From the NCBI GenBank assembly GCA_963755715.1, contig CAVWLW010000026.1, positions 1-64,000 on the forward strand: 64,000 bases of DNA, read 5' to 3'. Origin of the DNA: an uncultured delta proteobacterium (GTDB lineage: Bacteria; Desulfobacterota; Binatia; UBA9968). Shown here piece after piece: positions 40,464 to 50,593 of this stretch (positions are counted from its first letter, which is position 1; every line of letters starts with the position of its first letter). Below the pieces are notes generated by a model, which searched no databases, was not told the DNA's origin, and saw only the letters and a list, made by a program, of their open reading frames with translations. The translations under genes and the position numbers were made by a program.

Positions 40464-41429
40464 CTATTCGAGCTGAATACGCGGGTCCAGCCACTTGTAA
40501 ACGATATCGACGAACAGATTGATGAATACATAAGTCACAGCGATGATGAGCACGCTTCCCTGGACAATCGGATAGTCGCGGGAGTAGACGCCTTCGATCA
40601 AGAGCCGGCCAACCCCCGGCCATGAGAACACGGTCTCAACGATAGTCGAGCCGCCGAGAATCCGGGCTGTTTGCAGTCCCACCACGGTTACGGCGGCGAT
40701 CAGCGAGTTCTTGAGAGCATGCTTAACTATGACCATCCGCGACGGCAGCCCCTTGGCCCACGCCGTGCGCACATAGTCTTGGCTAAGCTGCTCCAGCATC
40801 TCGGCGCGAATATAGCGCGTCAGCGGCGCGGCGAGATCCGTACCCATGACAATGGCGGGCAGGCAAGCATGCTGCAGGAAACGAGCCGGGTCGTCGAAGG
40901 GACTCGCATAGCCGATCGCCGGCAGCCAGCCCAGTATCACGCTGAATAAGACGATCAGCATCAACGCAAGCCAGAAGTTGGGCATGGCAATGCCCCAGAG
41001 AGCAAACCCCATCGCCGCGTAATCGGCGCCGGTGTTCTGGCGCATCGCCGCGATGACACCGGCCGGAATGGCAATCGCCACCCCGGTGAGCAAAGCGGCG
41101 ATTGCCAGATAGATCGTCGCCGGAAAGCGCTCAAAGATGGTCTCGAAAATCGGCCGGCGCGAACGCAGCGACAGGCCCATATCGCCTTGGACGATTCTCT
41201 TGAGCCAGCTCAGATATTGAACGTAGATGGGCCGGTCAAAGCCCAGTTGTTGTTGCAGCGCGCGATACTGCTCGTCATTGACGCGCGTGCGCTCTTCTGC
41301 GTCGATTCCCATCATCACCAGGACGGGATCGCCCGGAATAATGCGCACGATGAGAAACACCGCCATGCTGACCAGGATCAGCACCGGAATGAGCTGCCAG
41401 ATGCGCTGGACGATATAGCGGGCAAGCAT
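40464..41429 (-). CDS. Peptide ABC permease (DppB-like)
   Basis: PGDP, DYVRTA.AKG, ETVFSWPGVG, RDYP, LDPRI. Confidence 0.93.
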   Translation of the reverse strand: MLARYIVQRIWQLIPVLILVSMAVFLIVRIIPGDPVLVMMGIDAEERTRVNDEQYRALQQQLGFDRPIYVQYLSWLKRIVQGDMGLSLRSRRPIFETIFERFPATIYLAIAALLTGVAIAIPAGVIAAMRQNTGADYAAMGFALWGIAMPNFWLALMLIVLFSVILGWLPAIGYASPFDDPARFLQHACLPAIVMGTDLAAPLTRYIRAEMLEQLSQDYVRTAWAKGLPSRMVIVKHALKNSLIAAVTVVGLQTARILGGSTIVETVFSWPGVGRLLIEGVYSRDYPIVQGSVLIIAVTYVFINLFVDIVYKWLDPRIQLE

Positions 41430-41453
41430 GCGGATTGGCTGGCGATGAAAGAC

Positions 41454-41551
41454 TCACCACGAAGGCACGCAGAGCACCGAGGAGTTTAGGAAAAGGCGGG
41501 TTTCAAACCCGCCCCTACAAAACTTCGTGCTCTTCGTATCCTTCGTGGTGA
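41454..41551. repeat. CACCACGAAG palindrome with nested REP (41494-41518)
   Basis: aggcgggtttcaaacccgcccctac sits in the loop. Confidence 0.78.
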
Positions 41552-41562
41552 TATCCATGTTC

Positions 41563-43119
41563 TTATTTGTCGATCCACGCGTGACTCAGACCGGCGCCCC
41601 AAGGCTCAAAATCCCCGCTGGCGTTGGTGGCGAAGTCTTTTATATGGCTACGGAACGTGAAAAATCGCGGCGTGAAACCGATAACGAGTATCGGCAAGTC
41701 ATCCGTCAACTTTGCCACCACCTGCTTGAAGATCGCCTTGCGCTTCTCCAAATCCACTTCGCCCTCAGCTTTCTTTAGCAAGGCGTCATAGTCTTTATCA
41801 CAGTAACCGCTCTCGTTGAGCCGGCGATTTTGCAGGTTCGGTTCGCAAGCATATTCTTCGTAAGCCGGCAGCGGGTCCGGGTAATCGGAACCGCCGGCGA
41901 GCTTGAACATGTATTTACCCTGGCGGCGCAGCTCGAGCGCCGAGGCGCGCTCGAGAATTTTCAGCTCCACCTTGACACCGATCCGCTTGAGCTGCGCCTG
42001 TATCGCCGCGCCTTCGATGTCCGCCACCTCGCCGCGGTTGCCCATGAGCTCGAGCGTTTCGCCCTTATAGCCGGCTTCCTTCAAGAGCGCTCTAGCCCTA
42101 TTGGCATCGAAGCGCGGCGCCGGCACATCCTTGAAATACCAGAAATGGCCGCTTGGAAAGCGCTGGTCGGCCGTGTCAGCCAAGCCGAAGTACGCTGCTT
42201 GCATGATTTCTTTCCTATCGATGGCGTAGGCTATCGCTTGACGAAGTTTCTTGTTGTTAAAAGGCGGATCGGCGACGTTGAATTCCAGATTCCGCGCGCC
42301 GGCGCGCGCCGCTTTGGCAACACCGATCCCTTTGACTTTCCCTTGTATGATTTGCTGGACCCATTCGTACGGCGTCCGCTCGATCAAATCGACATCGCCC
42401 GACTGCAGCGCGGTGAAGCGAACCGTATTGTCGCCGATTTCTTTCATGATGACGCGATCGACGTAAGCTTTGTGACCCCAGTAGTCATCGTTTCGTTCAA
42501 AAACGATGCGCTGCCCAGGCTGCCATTCGACGAACTTGAATGGACCGGTGCCCGGAGGAAACGTTGCCGGCTTCCTCAGTCCCTCGGGCAGCGACTCGTT
42601 GGGAATCGCCGAGAAGGAGCGGATTTCCGTGAGCACTGTCGGAAGCAGCGGATTGTGGCGCTTCATATAAATCTTAAGCGTATATTTATCGGCTACCTCA
42701 GCACGCTCAACCGCGTTTAAGTCTTCAAAGCCGTACGCTCCGTTCTTGGGATTGAGGGTATAATCGAGGGCGAACTTGATATCGTCGGCGGTCATTTCCT
42801 TGCCATTGTGAAATTTTACATTCTTGCGCAGCTTGAAAGTATAAAGCTTGCCGTCTTTGGACACTTCCCAAGACTCTGCGAGGCGCGGTTGGATTGCGCC
42901 CTTGGAGTCACGAGCGAGCAACGGTTCATACATGAGCTCGCGAATGCGCGATTCCGTCGAGCTGGTGTTGACCAAAGGATTCATCAGCGCCAGTTCTTTG
43001 CTGATACCAAGCGTGATCGTGCCGCCGCGCTTGGGTTGAGCGGACGCGGCTTCGAGAATCGAGATGGCGCTGAAAGAGAACAGCAACAATAATAAGCTCA
43101 GCAGGGCAAGTTTTTTCAT
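41563..43119 (-). CDS. ABC substrate-binding protein family 5
   Basis: LAESWEVS, FKLR..VKFHNG, GTGPFKF, LRQAIAYAIDR. Confidence 0.92.
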   Translation of the reverse strand: MKKLALLSLLLLLFSFSAISILEAASAQPKRGGTITLGISKELALMNPLVNTSSTESRIRELMYEPLLARDSKGAIQPRLAESWEVSKDGKLYTFKLRKNVKFHNGKEMTADDIKFALDYTLNPKNGAYGFEDLNAVERAEVADKYTLKIYMKRHNPLLPTVLTEIRSFSAIPNESLPEGLRKPATFPPGTGPFKFVEWQPGQRIVFERNDDYWGHKAYVDRVIMKEIGDNTVRFTALQSGDVDLIERTPYEWVQQIIQGKVKGIGVAKAARAGARNLEFNVADPPFNNKKLRQAIAYAIDRKEIMQAAYFGLADTADQRFPSGHFWYFKDVPAPRFDANRARALLKEAGYKGETLELMGNRGEVADIEGAAIQAQLKRIGVKVELKILERASALELRRQGKYMFKLAGGSDYPDPLPAYEEYACEPNLQNRRLNESGYCDKDYDALLKKAEGEVDLEKRKAIFKQVVAKLTDDLPILVIGFTPRFFTFRSHIKDFATNASGDFEPWGAGLSHAWIDK

Positions 43120-43154
43120 AGAGACCTCCTTTACAACTCGACCGTGTCCCGCTG

Positions 43155-44090
43155 TTAAGCGTTCGCGCGCTTGCGCTTGTATAGCTTGTCGATAAAGCCC
43201 GAATTGTCGAGCTCGCGCAGATAGTGCAGGTCCCAGAGCGCCATGGGGCTCAACTGTTTGGCTTCGGGCGCCTTGATGCAGCCAAGGTCGTAGGCGTTTA
43301 TAATAGCCTGGGCATCTGGATAAGGCTTGCTCGGCATGCGTTCTAACCGGCTGTATTGAAAATCTTCACCGGTTCGCTTGTTTAAGCCGTCCAAAATTTT
43401 TTGGGTCTTCTGCCGCTGCGTTTTGGCGAAATGAATACCCAGCACCAAGGCTTTGACCAGCCGTTCGCCGATCCCTTTTTTCTTATGCAGCACCGTGTAA
43501 GAAGTCGTCAACGTTGGTCCGTTGATCATCGGCAAGGGGCCGAGAGGCAAGATGTGCATGCCCAGTTCTTTGTAGCGCTCGCCGCCGGAGACGAAGCGGG
43601 CGTCGGCTCGACGCGATTTCAACGCTGCGAATTGCTCATCGGCGCTTTCGCTTTCGACCCATTGAACGTCATCGATGCTCATGCCGGCACGGATCAGGTA
43701 CATCATATGGTTGCCGCGACCATGATGAAAGCCGCCTTCGCGTCCTTCCATCGGAGTATCGACGATCCGCTTGCCGCGCAGATCGTGCAGCGACTTGATT
43801 GGTTCCCATGACGCGATGCTGGCGTTCTGTCCATTCACCGGGGAAGCAATACTGACGATCGGCTTGCCCTGGACTACTAACGCGTACGGTGTCAGGTGAT
43901 CGCCGGAGATGAAATCGATATCACCCTTGAACAATGCCCGCTCGGCGTCCGGCGGCATCGCACAGTATTCAAAACTCACCAGATCGAGTCCCGCCTTTTG
44001 CCAGATGCGCGCTTTGTCCATTACCTCCCAAATCGGCAGATGACTGCCCGAGCGATAAACCCCGCGAACCTTTATTTTTCGCTGTGCCAT
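43155..44090 (-). CDS. NMT1-like SBP-fold protein lacking an obvious signal peptide
   Basis: DLRGKRI, KPYP, ELDNSGFIDKLY C-terminus. Confidence 0.6.
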   Translation of the reverse strand: MAQRKIKVRGVYRSGSHLPIWEVMDKARIWQKAGLDLVSFEYCAMPPDAERALFKGDIDFISGDHLTPYALVVQGKPIVSIASPVNGQNASIASWEPIKSLHDLRGKRIVDTPMEGREGGFHHGRGNHMMYLIRAGMSIDDVQWVESESADEQFAALKSRRADARFVSGGERYKELGMHILPLGPLPMINGPTLTTSYTVLHKKKGIGERLVKALVLGIHFAKTQRQKTQKILDGLNKRTGEDFQYSRLERMPSKPYPDAQAIINAYDLGCIKAPEAKQLSPMALWDLHYLRELDNSGFIDKLYKRKRANA

Positions 44091-44351
44091 CTTGTCCTCC
44101 TTACGCTGACTCTCGTCATACAACCCGAGTGTTCGCCGCCCACTTTGACCGCTCTTCGATTTCTCACTATCCCGCTCGAGCGCGGCATCATTCCCGGTGT
44201 CTCTCCCCCTATCAGCGCGCTCCGATTCTTGTCAAATACAATGAAATGTTCTTAGTATTCATCGACAATGAAAGCGGAACGCGCAGAGACTATCAGCTGG
44301 CAATGTTTTGGGTGGCAACGTTCCATTACTCCACCACTCCCATACTCCAGC

Positions 44352-44537
44352 CGCGCGCCCAAGCGTGTAAAAATGCCGAACGGTTCGGACACCGCCGTGA
44401 TCGACAACGGCAAGCCGAATACGATCGGCATTACCCGCAGCGTCCGCATAGCTCACGCCGACCTCGCCAAACAAGTGCCGACCTTCGAGACTTGCGCCGG
44501 CATCGGCACGCCCGAGCAGCGCCTCGCCGAGCAGGAT
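44352..44537 (+). pseudogene. 62-codon internal fragment of an amidohydrolase homologous to 61006-61191
   Basis: 54/62 aa identical by manual alignment; many synonymous differences. Confidence 0.85.
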
Positions 44538-44613
44538 CGGAGACCATCGATCGCGAGAGGCCTGCGCACAGAGAATTTCTTGCCAATGATCGCAATGACG
44601 AAAGGCGCGGCTC

Positions 44614-46242
44614 ATGTGGGATGATCAATGGAAGGGTAAAACTATCGGCACGGCGCTCGACCACGCGGCGCGGAAGTACGGAGACAAAGTCGCCACGGAA
44701 TTTCACAACGGCGCCATCACGTATAACCAACTCAAGAAAATTTCCGATCTGATCGCCTGCGGCTTTCTCAAGCTCGGTATCGGCAAGAGCGACAAAGTCG
44801 CGATTTGGATGGCCGGCTATTCGGAATGGGCGTTGGTTTACTTCGCCCTCATGCGCATCGGCGCGATCATCGTGCCCGTCAACACCCGCTACCGTCCCGA
44901 AGAAATCGAATATGTTCTCAACAAATCGCGAGCGTCTTTACTGGTTTTGAAAGAAGAGCCGAACAAAGATTATCTCAGTTTGCTCAGAGAACTCTGCCCT
45001 GGAGCCGGCGAAGCGGCTGACGCGCTGCCCAACGAAAAGCTTCCTTATCTTAGAAGAATCGTCGTTTCGTCGCCCCGAAGTTCGGCCGGCTGGCTCTCTT
45101 TCGATGCATTAAAAGCTCTCGGCGCTGAGGTTCCTGAAGGCACTTTGCGGCAGGCCGTGGAAAAAGTCAGAGCCGATGACATCGCCATGATTCAGTTCAC
45201 TTCCGGCACCACGGCGATGCCCAAGGGCGCGATGCTGTTTCAAGCAGCAATGCTGCGCGGCGCCCAGTGCGGCTGCCTGGCGCTGAAACTGACCGAGAGC
45301 GATCGCTTTTTCAGCCCTCAGCCATTTTTTCACGTCGGTGGATCGATCCAGGTAATGCTCACGCCCGTGGTCTCCGGCTGCACGATGATCGTGCAGCCCT
45401 ATTTCGATGCTGGCGAAGCTTTGGAGCTAATGGAACGTCATCGATGCAACGTGTTAATGGGTCACCAGCCGCACTATATCGAATATCTCAACCACCCCGA
45501 TCTGAAGAAGCGAAAGCTTGTGCTCGAAAAAGGCATGATCTTCGCCAGCCCGGTGGTCAACAAGCGAGCTCACGACGAGATGGGCATTAAAAAACTCATC
45601 AGCCCGTACGGGCTTACGGAGACTCATATCGGCGGTACCGCATGCGAGTTGGACGATCCTTTGGAATTGCGAATGACTACTGTGGGGAAAGCCATGCCCG
45701 GCGTCGAGATCGGCATTCGACAGTTGGAGGGCCAAGAATTCTTACCCCAGGGACAGCCCGGCGAGGTTTGTTTCAGAGGTTGGTGCGTCACGAAAGGCTA
45801 CTACGACGACCCACAGAAAACCGCCGAGGCGATCGACGAAACTGGTTGGTTTCGCACGGGAGACTTGGGCGTCATCGGCGCCGACGGCTGCCTACGGCTT
45901 ATCGGACGGGTCAAAGATATGATCCGCGTCGGCGGCGAAAACGTCGCCGCGGCTGAAGTTGAAGCGGTGTTGCTCAAACATGATGCGGTAAAGCAAGCCG
46001 TGGCGGTAGGAATGGCTGATGCGCGTTTAGCGGAGGTCGTCGCAGTCTTTATCGAGTTAAAGTCCGCCAATCACGCAACTGAAAAAGATCTCAGCGACTT
46101 CTGCCGCCAACATCTAGCGAGCTTCAAAGTGCCGCGCAGAGTGATCTTCATCTCCGACTGGCCGATGACCGGCGCCGGCAAAATCCAGCGCTTCGTCTTG
46201 AAAGAATCGTTGGCACAAGAACAGTCCGGAACGAAAGCCTAG
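44614..46242 (+). CDS. AMP-dependent acyl-CoA synthetase
   Basis: FTSGTTAMPKG, YGLTE, RTGDLG, GRVKDMI..GGEN, GAGKI. Confidence 0.93.
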   Translation: MWDDQWKGKTIGTALDHAARKYGDKVATEFHNGAITYNQLKKISDLIACGFLKLGIGKSDKVAIWMAGYSEWALVYFALMRIGAIIVPVNTRYRPEEIEYVLNKSRASLLVLKEEPNKDYLSLLRELCPGAGEAADALPNEKLPYLRRIVVSSPRSSAGWLSFDALKALGAEVPEGTLRQAVEKVRADDIAMIQFTSGTTAMPKGAMLFQAAMLRGAQCGCLALKLTESDRFFSPQPFFHVGGSIQVMLTPVVSGCTMIVQPYFDAGEALELMERHRCNVLMGHQPHYIEYLNHPDLKKRKLVLEKGMIFASPVVNKRAHDEMGIKKLISPYGLTETHIGGTACELDDPLELRMTTVGKAMPGVEIGIRQLEGQEFLPQGQPGEVCFRGWCVTKGYYDDPQKTAEAIDETGWFRTGDLGVIGADGCLRLIGRVKDMIRVGGENVAAAEVEAVLLKHDAVKQAVAVGMADARLAEVVAVFIELKSANHATEKDLSDFCRQHLASFKVPRRVIFISDWPMTGAGKIQRFVLKESLAQEQSGTKA

Positions 46243-47270
46243 AGCGCGTATAACGCTCTGGCGTTGTCGTAGAGCAACTTTTTTTTCGTCTCGTCGGAAA
46301 GATCCTTGCGGCTTTGCGCCACGCGCAGATTATTGGGAAACTCGCTGTCCCAGTGAGGGATGTCGGTGGCGTAAAGAAAATGATCGTCGCCCAGGTAGCG
46401 AAAGGTTTCCGCCAATAGGGTCTCTTCCGACTCCAAGCTAAAATAAATCGGCCGCTGCTTGACGCAGTCGCTCGGCCGCCGCGTCAAATGCGGCGTCTCG
46501 ATCTTGCCGCGCTTTTCCCAATGCTCGTCCATGCGGTCGAGCCAATAGGGCAACCACGTGCAGCCAATCTCCAGAAACGCCAAGCGTAGCTTGGGAAAAC
46601 GCTCTGGCACGCCGTGAAAAATCATATTGGAAAACTGCACGAAGATACCAACCGGAAATGACACCATGTGAACTTCAGTGAAAGTCTCGAACCCGCCCGA
46701 CGCAAGCTCTTCGGCGCCGTTGGTGCCGTGCACGGCAATCGCGCAATTCAAGCGTTCCGCTTCACGGTAAATCGGATCGTAGAACTTATGCCCCAACGGC
46801 AAGCGCAGGCCGGTCGTGCGTACCACCGCCGCGCGATAGCCTAGCTGGGTCACCGCCCGGCGCATTTCCACCGCCGCCCGCTCGGCATCCTGCGGCGGGA
46901 TGACGGCGATGGGCTTTAACCGGTCGGAGACTTTCGCGTAGTGATCGTAGACGTAATCGTTATAAGCCTCGCACAGCGCCACGGCGTAATCAGGTTCGCG
47001 AATACGCGATACGTTCCCGGTCGACGTCGGGTAGAGAAACGCCTGCTCGATGTCGTAGCGATCCATGATGCGAAGCCAATCCTCTGCCCGCGGCGCGCGT
47101 GGAAAGATTGTTTGGTCGTGCGGCAAGGTATCCTGCAAGTCACGATCCCATGGTTCGGACGCGGTCAGCGGCCCGCCGCGCTTGTTAAACGGCGCTTTCA
47201 AATATCGCCGCAGTTCTTCAGCGCGCTCGATGATATGGCCGTCGGCGTCAATCACTTTCCCGCTACTCAT
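46239..47270 (-). CDS. Amidohydrolase_2 family protein
   Basis: IDADGH, AYND, AVHG, ATDIPHWD. Confidence 0.9.
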   Translation of the reverse strand: MSSGKVIDADGHIIERAEELRRYLKAPFNKRGGPLTASEPWDRDLQDTLPHDQTIFPRAPRAEDWLRIMDRYDIEQAFLYPTSTGNVSRIREPDYAVALCEAYNDYVYDHYAKVSDRLKPIAVIPPQDAERAAVEMRRAVTQLGYRAAVVRTTGLRLPLGHKFYDPIYREAERLNCAIAVHGTNGAEELASGGFETFTEVHMVSFPVGIFVQFSNMIFHGVPERFPKLRLAFLEIGCTWLPYWLDRMDEHWEKRGKIETPHLTRRPSDCVKQRPIYFSLESEETLLAETFRYLGDDHFLYATDIPHWDSEFPNNLRVAQSRKDLSDETKKKLLYDNARALYAL

Positions 47271-47294
47271 AGTCACCCCGCGTAAAATCAACCA

Positions 47295-47963
47295 TTAGAG
47301 TTTGTAGGCGAGCATGATGCCGTCACGAAACGGCAGCAGTACGTTTTCCACTCGCGGATCTTTATGAAGGCGGCCGTTTAGCGCATTGACGATGCGCGCG
47401 TCTTCCTCTACGGGGTTTAACACCCGCCCGTAGCGCAACATATTGTCGAGCACGATCAACCCGCCTTTGCGGGTCAAGTCCACGCAACGATCGTAATAAT
47501 AATCGTAACTCGGCTTATCGGCGTCGATGAAGCAGAGATCGAAGGGTCCGCTCAGCGTCTTCAAAGTATCCGCCGCGCGCCCGGCTCTAACTTCGATCTT
47601 ATTCCGATGGGGGCTTTGGGCAAAAAATCGGCTGGCAATTTCGATCGCATGAGGGTCAAGTTCGCACGTGATAATGCGGCCATCCGCCGGTAAAGCCTCG
47701 GCAAAACACAGCGCGCTGTAGCCGGTAAACATGCCGACTTCGAGAATGCTTTTGGCTTGTGTCATGCGCACCAGCATTTTGAGAAACGCGCCTTCCAACT
47801 CGCCGACGAGAAAATTGGCCGTAGTCGTTTTCTCCTCGGTCTCGCTGAGCAAGCGCTCATGCAGTTCGGTGAGCGCCGTCGTATGCCGCTCGCAATACTC
47901 TTCGACCCCTTCGGGCAGAACTTTAACGCCCACCGCGCGCCGATCTTTTGGTTGTATCGCCAT
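47295..47963 (-). CDS. Cation-dependent O-methyltransferase (CCoAOMT-like)
   Basis: LEVGMFTGYS, FIDADK, LDN, DG. Confidence 0.9.
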   Translation of the reverse strand: MAIQPKDRRAVGVKVLPEGVEEYCERHTTALTELHERLLSETEEKTTTANFLVGELEGAFLKMLVRMTQAKSILEVGMFTGYSALCFAEALPADGRIITCELDPHAIEIASRFFAQSPHRNKIEVRAGRAADTLKTLSGPFDLCFIDADKPSYDYYYDRCVDLTRKGGLIVLDNMLRYGRVLNPVEEDARIVNALNGRLHKDPRVENVLLPFRDGIMLAYKL

Positions 47964-47999
47964 AAACGCGTCCGTATCCTTTCGTAGAGCCTAACTCAC

Positions 48000-48155
48000 T
48001 TATCGTGCAACTATTGTATCCTGGCCCATCGTGTAGAAACGCGCGGAACGCTCGAGGTTACTCACCTGCAACACCACGTGCCCAAGACGCTGTATCTTGA
48101 ACGGCATGCCTTCCGGTGGAGTCAGCGCTCTCAACTCGTTAATATTTGCTGCCAT
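48000..48155 (-). pseudogene. Truncated VOC-family gene (5' part)
   Basis: FKIQRLGHVVLQVSNLERSARFYT then unrelated sequence. Confidence 0.65.
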
Positions 48156-48513
48156 GATCGCCTCGCTAGGCTTCGGTGATGACAAGCTATCACTTTAACA
48201 TTCCCAGGCGCTACAATTTTCTCTGACGTCGACGTCTTAATCCTTAAAACCAAGGTTGCAATTCATTAACCAATTTCCCGCGGTTTCGGTTTCGGTTTGT
48301 GTTATCATTCGCTAGGGAATCAAAAAGACCTCGTCGAAGGCATCAGAAATATCTTCGGCTTGGCCGGCGACCATATCTTACCCGTGCTCAAATCATGAAT
48401 GGTCGACGTCCGCTTCGTCAAGGAACTGGATGACACGGGTTTCATCCAAAGCCTCGACAAAAAATAGGCTTGCGCGTTAGTAAATGAACCACACAAGAAG
48501 GAGGAGGACAATC

Positions 48514-48942
48514 ATGGATACGGTTCCATCTCGGAAATTGACCAGAGAAGGCGCCATGAAGGTGCTCAATGCCGCGGTTGACAAAGCGCAGGCGTTGAAC
48601 TCGGCGGTGAGCATCGCCGTAGTTGACGACGGCGGCCATCTGATCGCGTTTACGCGCTCGGAAAAAGCCGAGCTCTATTCGATCGCTATCGCCCAAGCGA
48701 AAGCCAAGAGCGCAGCGCTGACTCGGTTTCCCTCCGGCAAGAAAAGTCCGACTGGCAACGAACGAGACGATCATCATGCGCTCGCTATCACATTGGCCGC
48801 CGGTCCTGGCTCCTTTGTCACTATCCCCGGTGGCTTTCCGCTTTATTCCGAAGGCGAGATCGTCGGCGCCGTCGCGGTGAGCGGTGCGGGATCCAAGGAC
48901 ATAGAAATCGCCCAGACCGCCGCCGCGATCTTGGGCAAATAA
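48514..48942 (+). CDS. GlcG/HbpS heme-binding family protein
   Basis: IAVVDDGGHL, IAQAKA, GGFPL, GAVAVSG..D; strong RBS. Confidence 0.9.
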   Translation: MDTVPSRKLTREGAMKVLNAAVDKAQALNSAVSIAVVDDGGHLIAFTRSEKAELYSIAIAQAKAKSAALTRFPSGKKSPTGNERDDHHALAITLAAGPGSFVTIPGGFPLYSEGEIVGAVAVSGAGSKDIEIAQTAAAILGK

Positions 48943-49348
48943 ATTTCGCCATCGGTTGTTGTTTGACCGACAACCGCGATGGTCACGTAGTTAAACATGC
49001 CGACGGGCTAATACTCGACGGTATCGCCGGGATTGAGCGGAGACACTAAGGTGTTCTTGCGGCGTCCCCTTCCCCGCTCGCGTGTGCTCATTCGTGTTTC
49101 AGCGCGCGCTCAGCGTTCCGGAGGTATTTCCAATGGACATGGGAGGCGCCAATTTACCTATGGAAAAGACGTCACGGGCCGGCACACTGCGTGAAGCATA
49201 GGCGGTTCGCGACCACGCTGATTCGTTAAAACTGTGCAACCTAGCATTGAGTCTCCGCGGTCTTCCCGTTCCGGATACAAAACCACTACTATCGGCGCAG
49301 TCACATCGCTCGGTGATGATTACAAAATAGTGTACAGGAGAGAAACGG

Positions 49349-50479
49349 ATGGCTGATATTAAGAAACCGCCCTTTCGCGCCGACCACGTCGGTAGCTTGC
49401 TGCGCCCGCAAGAACTCTTGCAGGCTCGCGAACGTCGGCAAAGTGGCGAACTGTCGGCTGCTGCGTTGCGGCAAATCGAAGATCGTTGCATTCGCGATGT
49501 CGTCAAGATGCAAGAGGATATCGGCCTTCAGAGCATCACCGACGGTGAGTATCGCCGAACGATTTGGCACGCGGACTTTCTTCGCCAGATCAACGGGGTA
49601 ATCGTCAAGGAAGGCGTGGCGGCTCAAAGGGGAGTAGCCAGAAAGTTTCAGTCCGGGGACGAAGAAATCGAGCGGACGCCGACGAGATTTGAAATTGCCG
49701 GAGGGCTCAAACGCAGCCACGGTATCGAGACCGACAATTTTAAGTACTTGGCATCGGTGACCCATCGAACACCGAAGGTCTGTATTCCGTCCCCGACGAT
49801 TTTGCACATGCGCGGCGGCCGGGACGCCATCGACAAACACGCCTATCCCGACATGGAAGGTTTCTATGCGGACCTAGCGCAAGTGTACCGTGAGGAAATT
49901 CGCGCGTTAGCAGATCTTGGATGCACCTATCTCCAGCTTGACGATCCGAATCTGGCGTACCTCTGTGATGAAAAGATGCGTGAGGGCGTGCGTCATATCG
50001 GCGAAGATCCAAACCAACTGCCGCGGACTTATGCCCGACTCATAAACGAATGTATTAAGGATCGTCCTGACCACATGACTGTGTGCATGCATATCTGCAG
50101 AGGCAACTTCCGCAGCGCGTGGGCGGCGGAGGGCGGCTACGATCCAGTTGCGGAAATCCTGTTTAACGAGTTTAAGCTCGATGGTTTTTTTCTAGAATAT
50201 GACTCCCCGCGAGCCGGAAGCTTTTCGCCGCTGCGCTTCGCGCCAAGTGATAAGAAGATCGTGCTCGGGTTAGTGACCACCAAGACCGGCGATTTGGAGA
50301 AAGCCGAGGATATCAAACGGCGCATCGATGAAGCGAGCCGCTATGTTTCCCTCGGACAGCTAGCACTCAGTCCCCAATGCGGTTTTTCCAGCACGGTTTT
50401 AGGCAACAACATCACCGTCGAAGCCGAGCTTGCCAAACTGTCTCTCGTCGTCAACGTGGCCCATGAGGTTTGGGGATGA
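49349..50479 (+). CDS. MetE catalytic-domain-only protein (YxjH-like)
   Basis: FRADHVGSLLRP, TDGEYRR, LQLDDP, HICRGN, SPQCGF. Confidence 0.9.
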   Translation: MADIKKPPFRADHVGSLLRPQELLQARERRQSGELSAAALRQIEDRCIRDVVKMQEDIGLQSITDGEYRRTIWHADFLRQINGVIVKEGVAAQRGVARKFQSGDEEIERTPTRFEIAGGLKRSHGIETDNFKYLASVTHRTPKVCIPSPTILHMRGGRDAIDKHAYPDMEGFYADLAQVYREEIRALADLGCTYLQLDDPNLAYLCDEKMREGVRHIGEDPNQLPRTYARLINECIKDRPDHMTVCMHICRGNFRSAWAAEGGYDPVAEILFNEFKLDGFFLEYDSPRAGSFSPLRFAPSDKKIVLGLVTTKTGDLEKAEDIKRRIDEASRYVSLGQLALSPQCGFSSTVLGNNITVEAELAKLSLVVNVAHEVWG

Positions 50480-50593
50480 CCCAGACGCTCCGTCCCTTAA
50501 AGTCGAACCCGGCGAAGCGTACGCTGGATAACTTCGGGAAATCTTCCGGGTGGCTGACGAACAAAACTATGGAATATCATCGTCCTCTGAGAT

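Noticed and set aside
44268-44624. 118-aa ORF as a real gene
   Set aside because: Chimera of intergenic repeat, amidohydrolase relic and unrelated sequence
48943-49348. Cobalamin or SAM riboswitch upstream of the MetE-like gene
   Set aside because: No B12-box or SAM-I/II core motifs recognised
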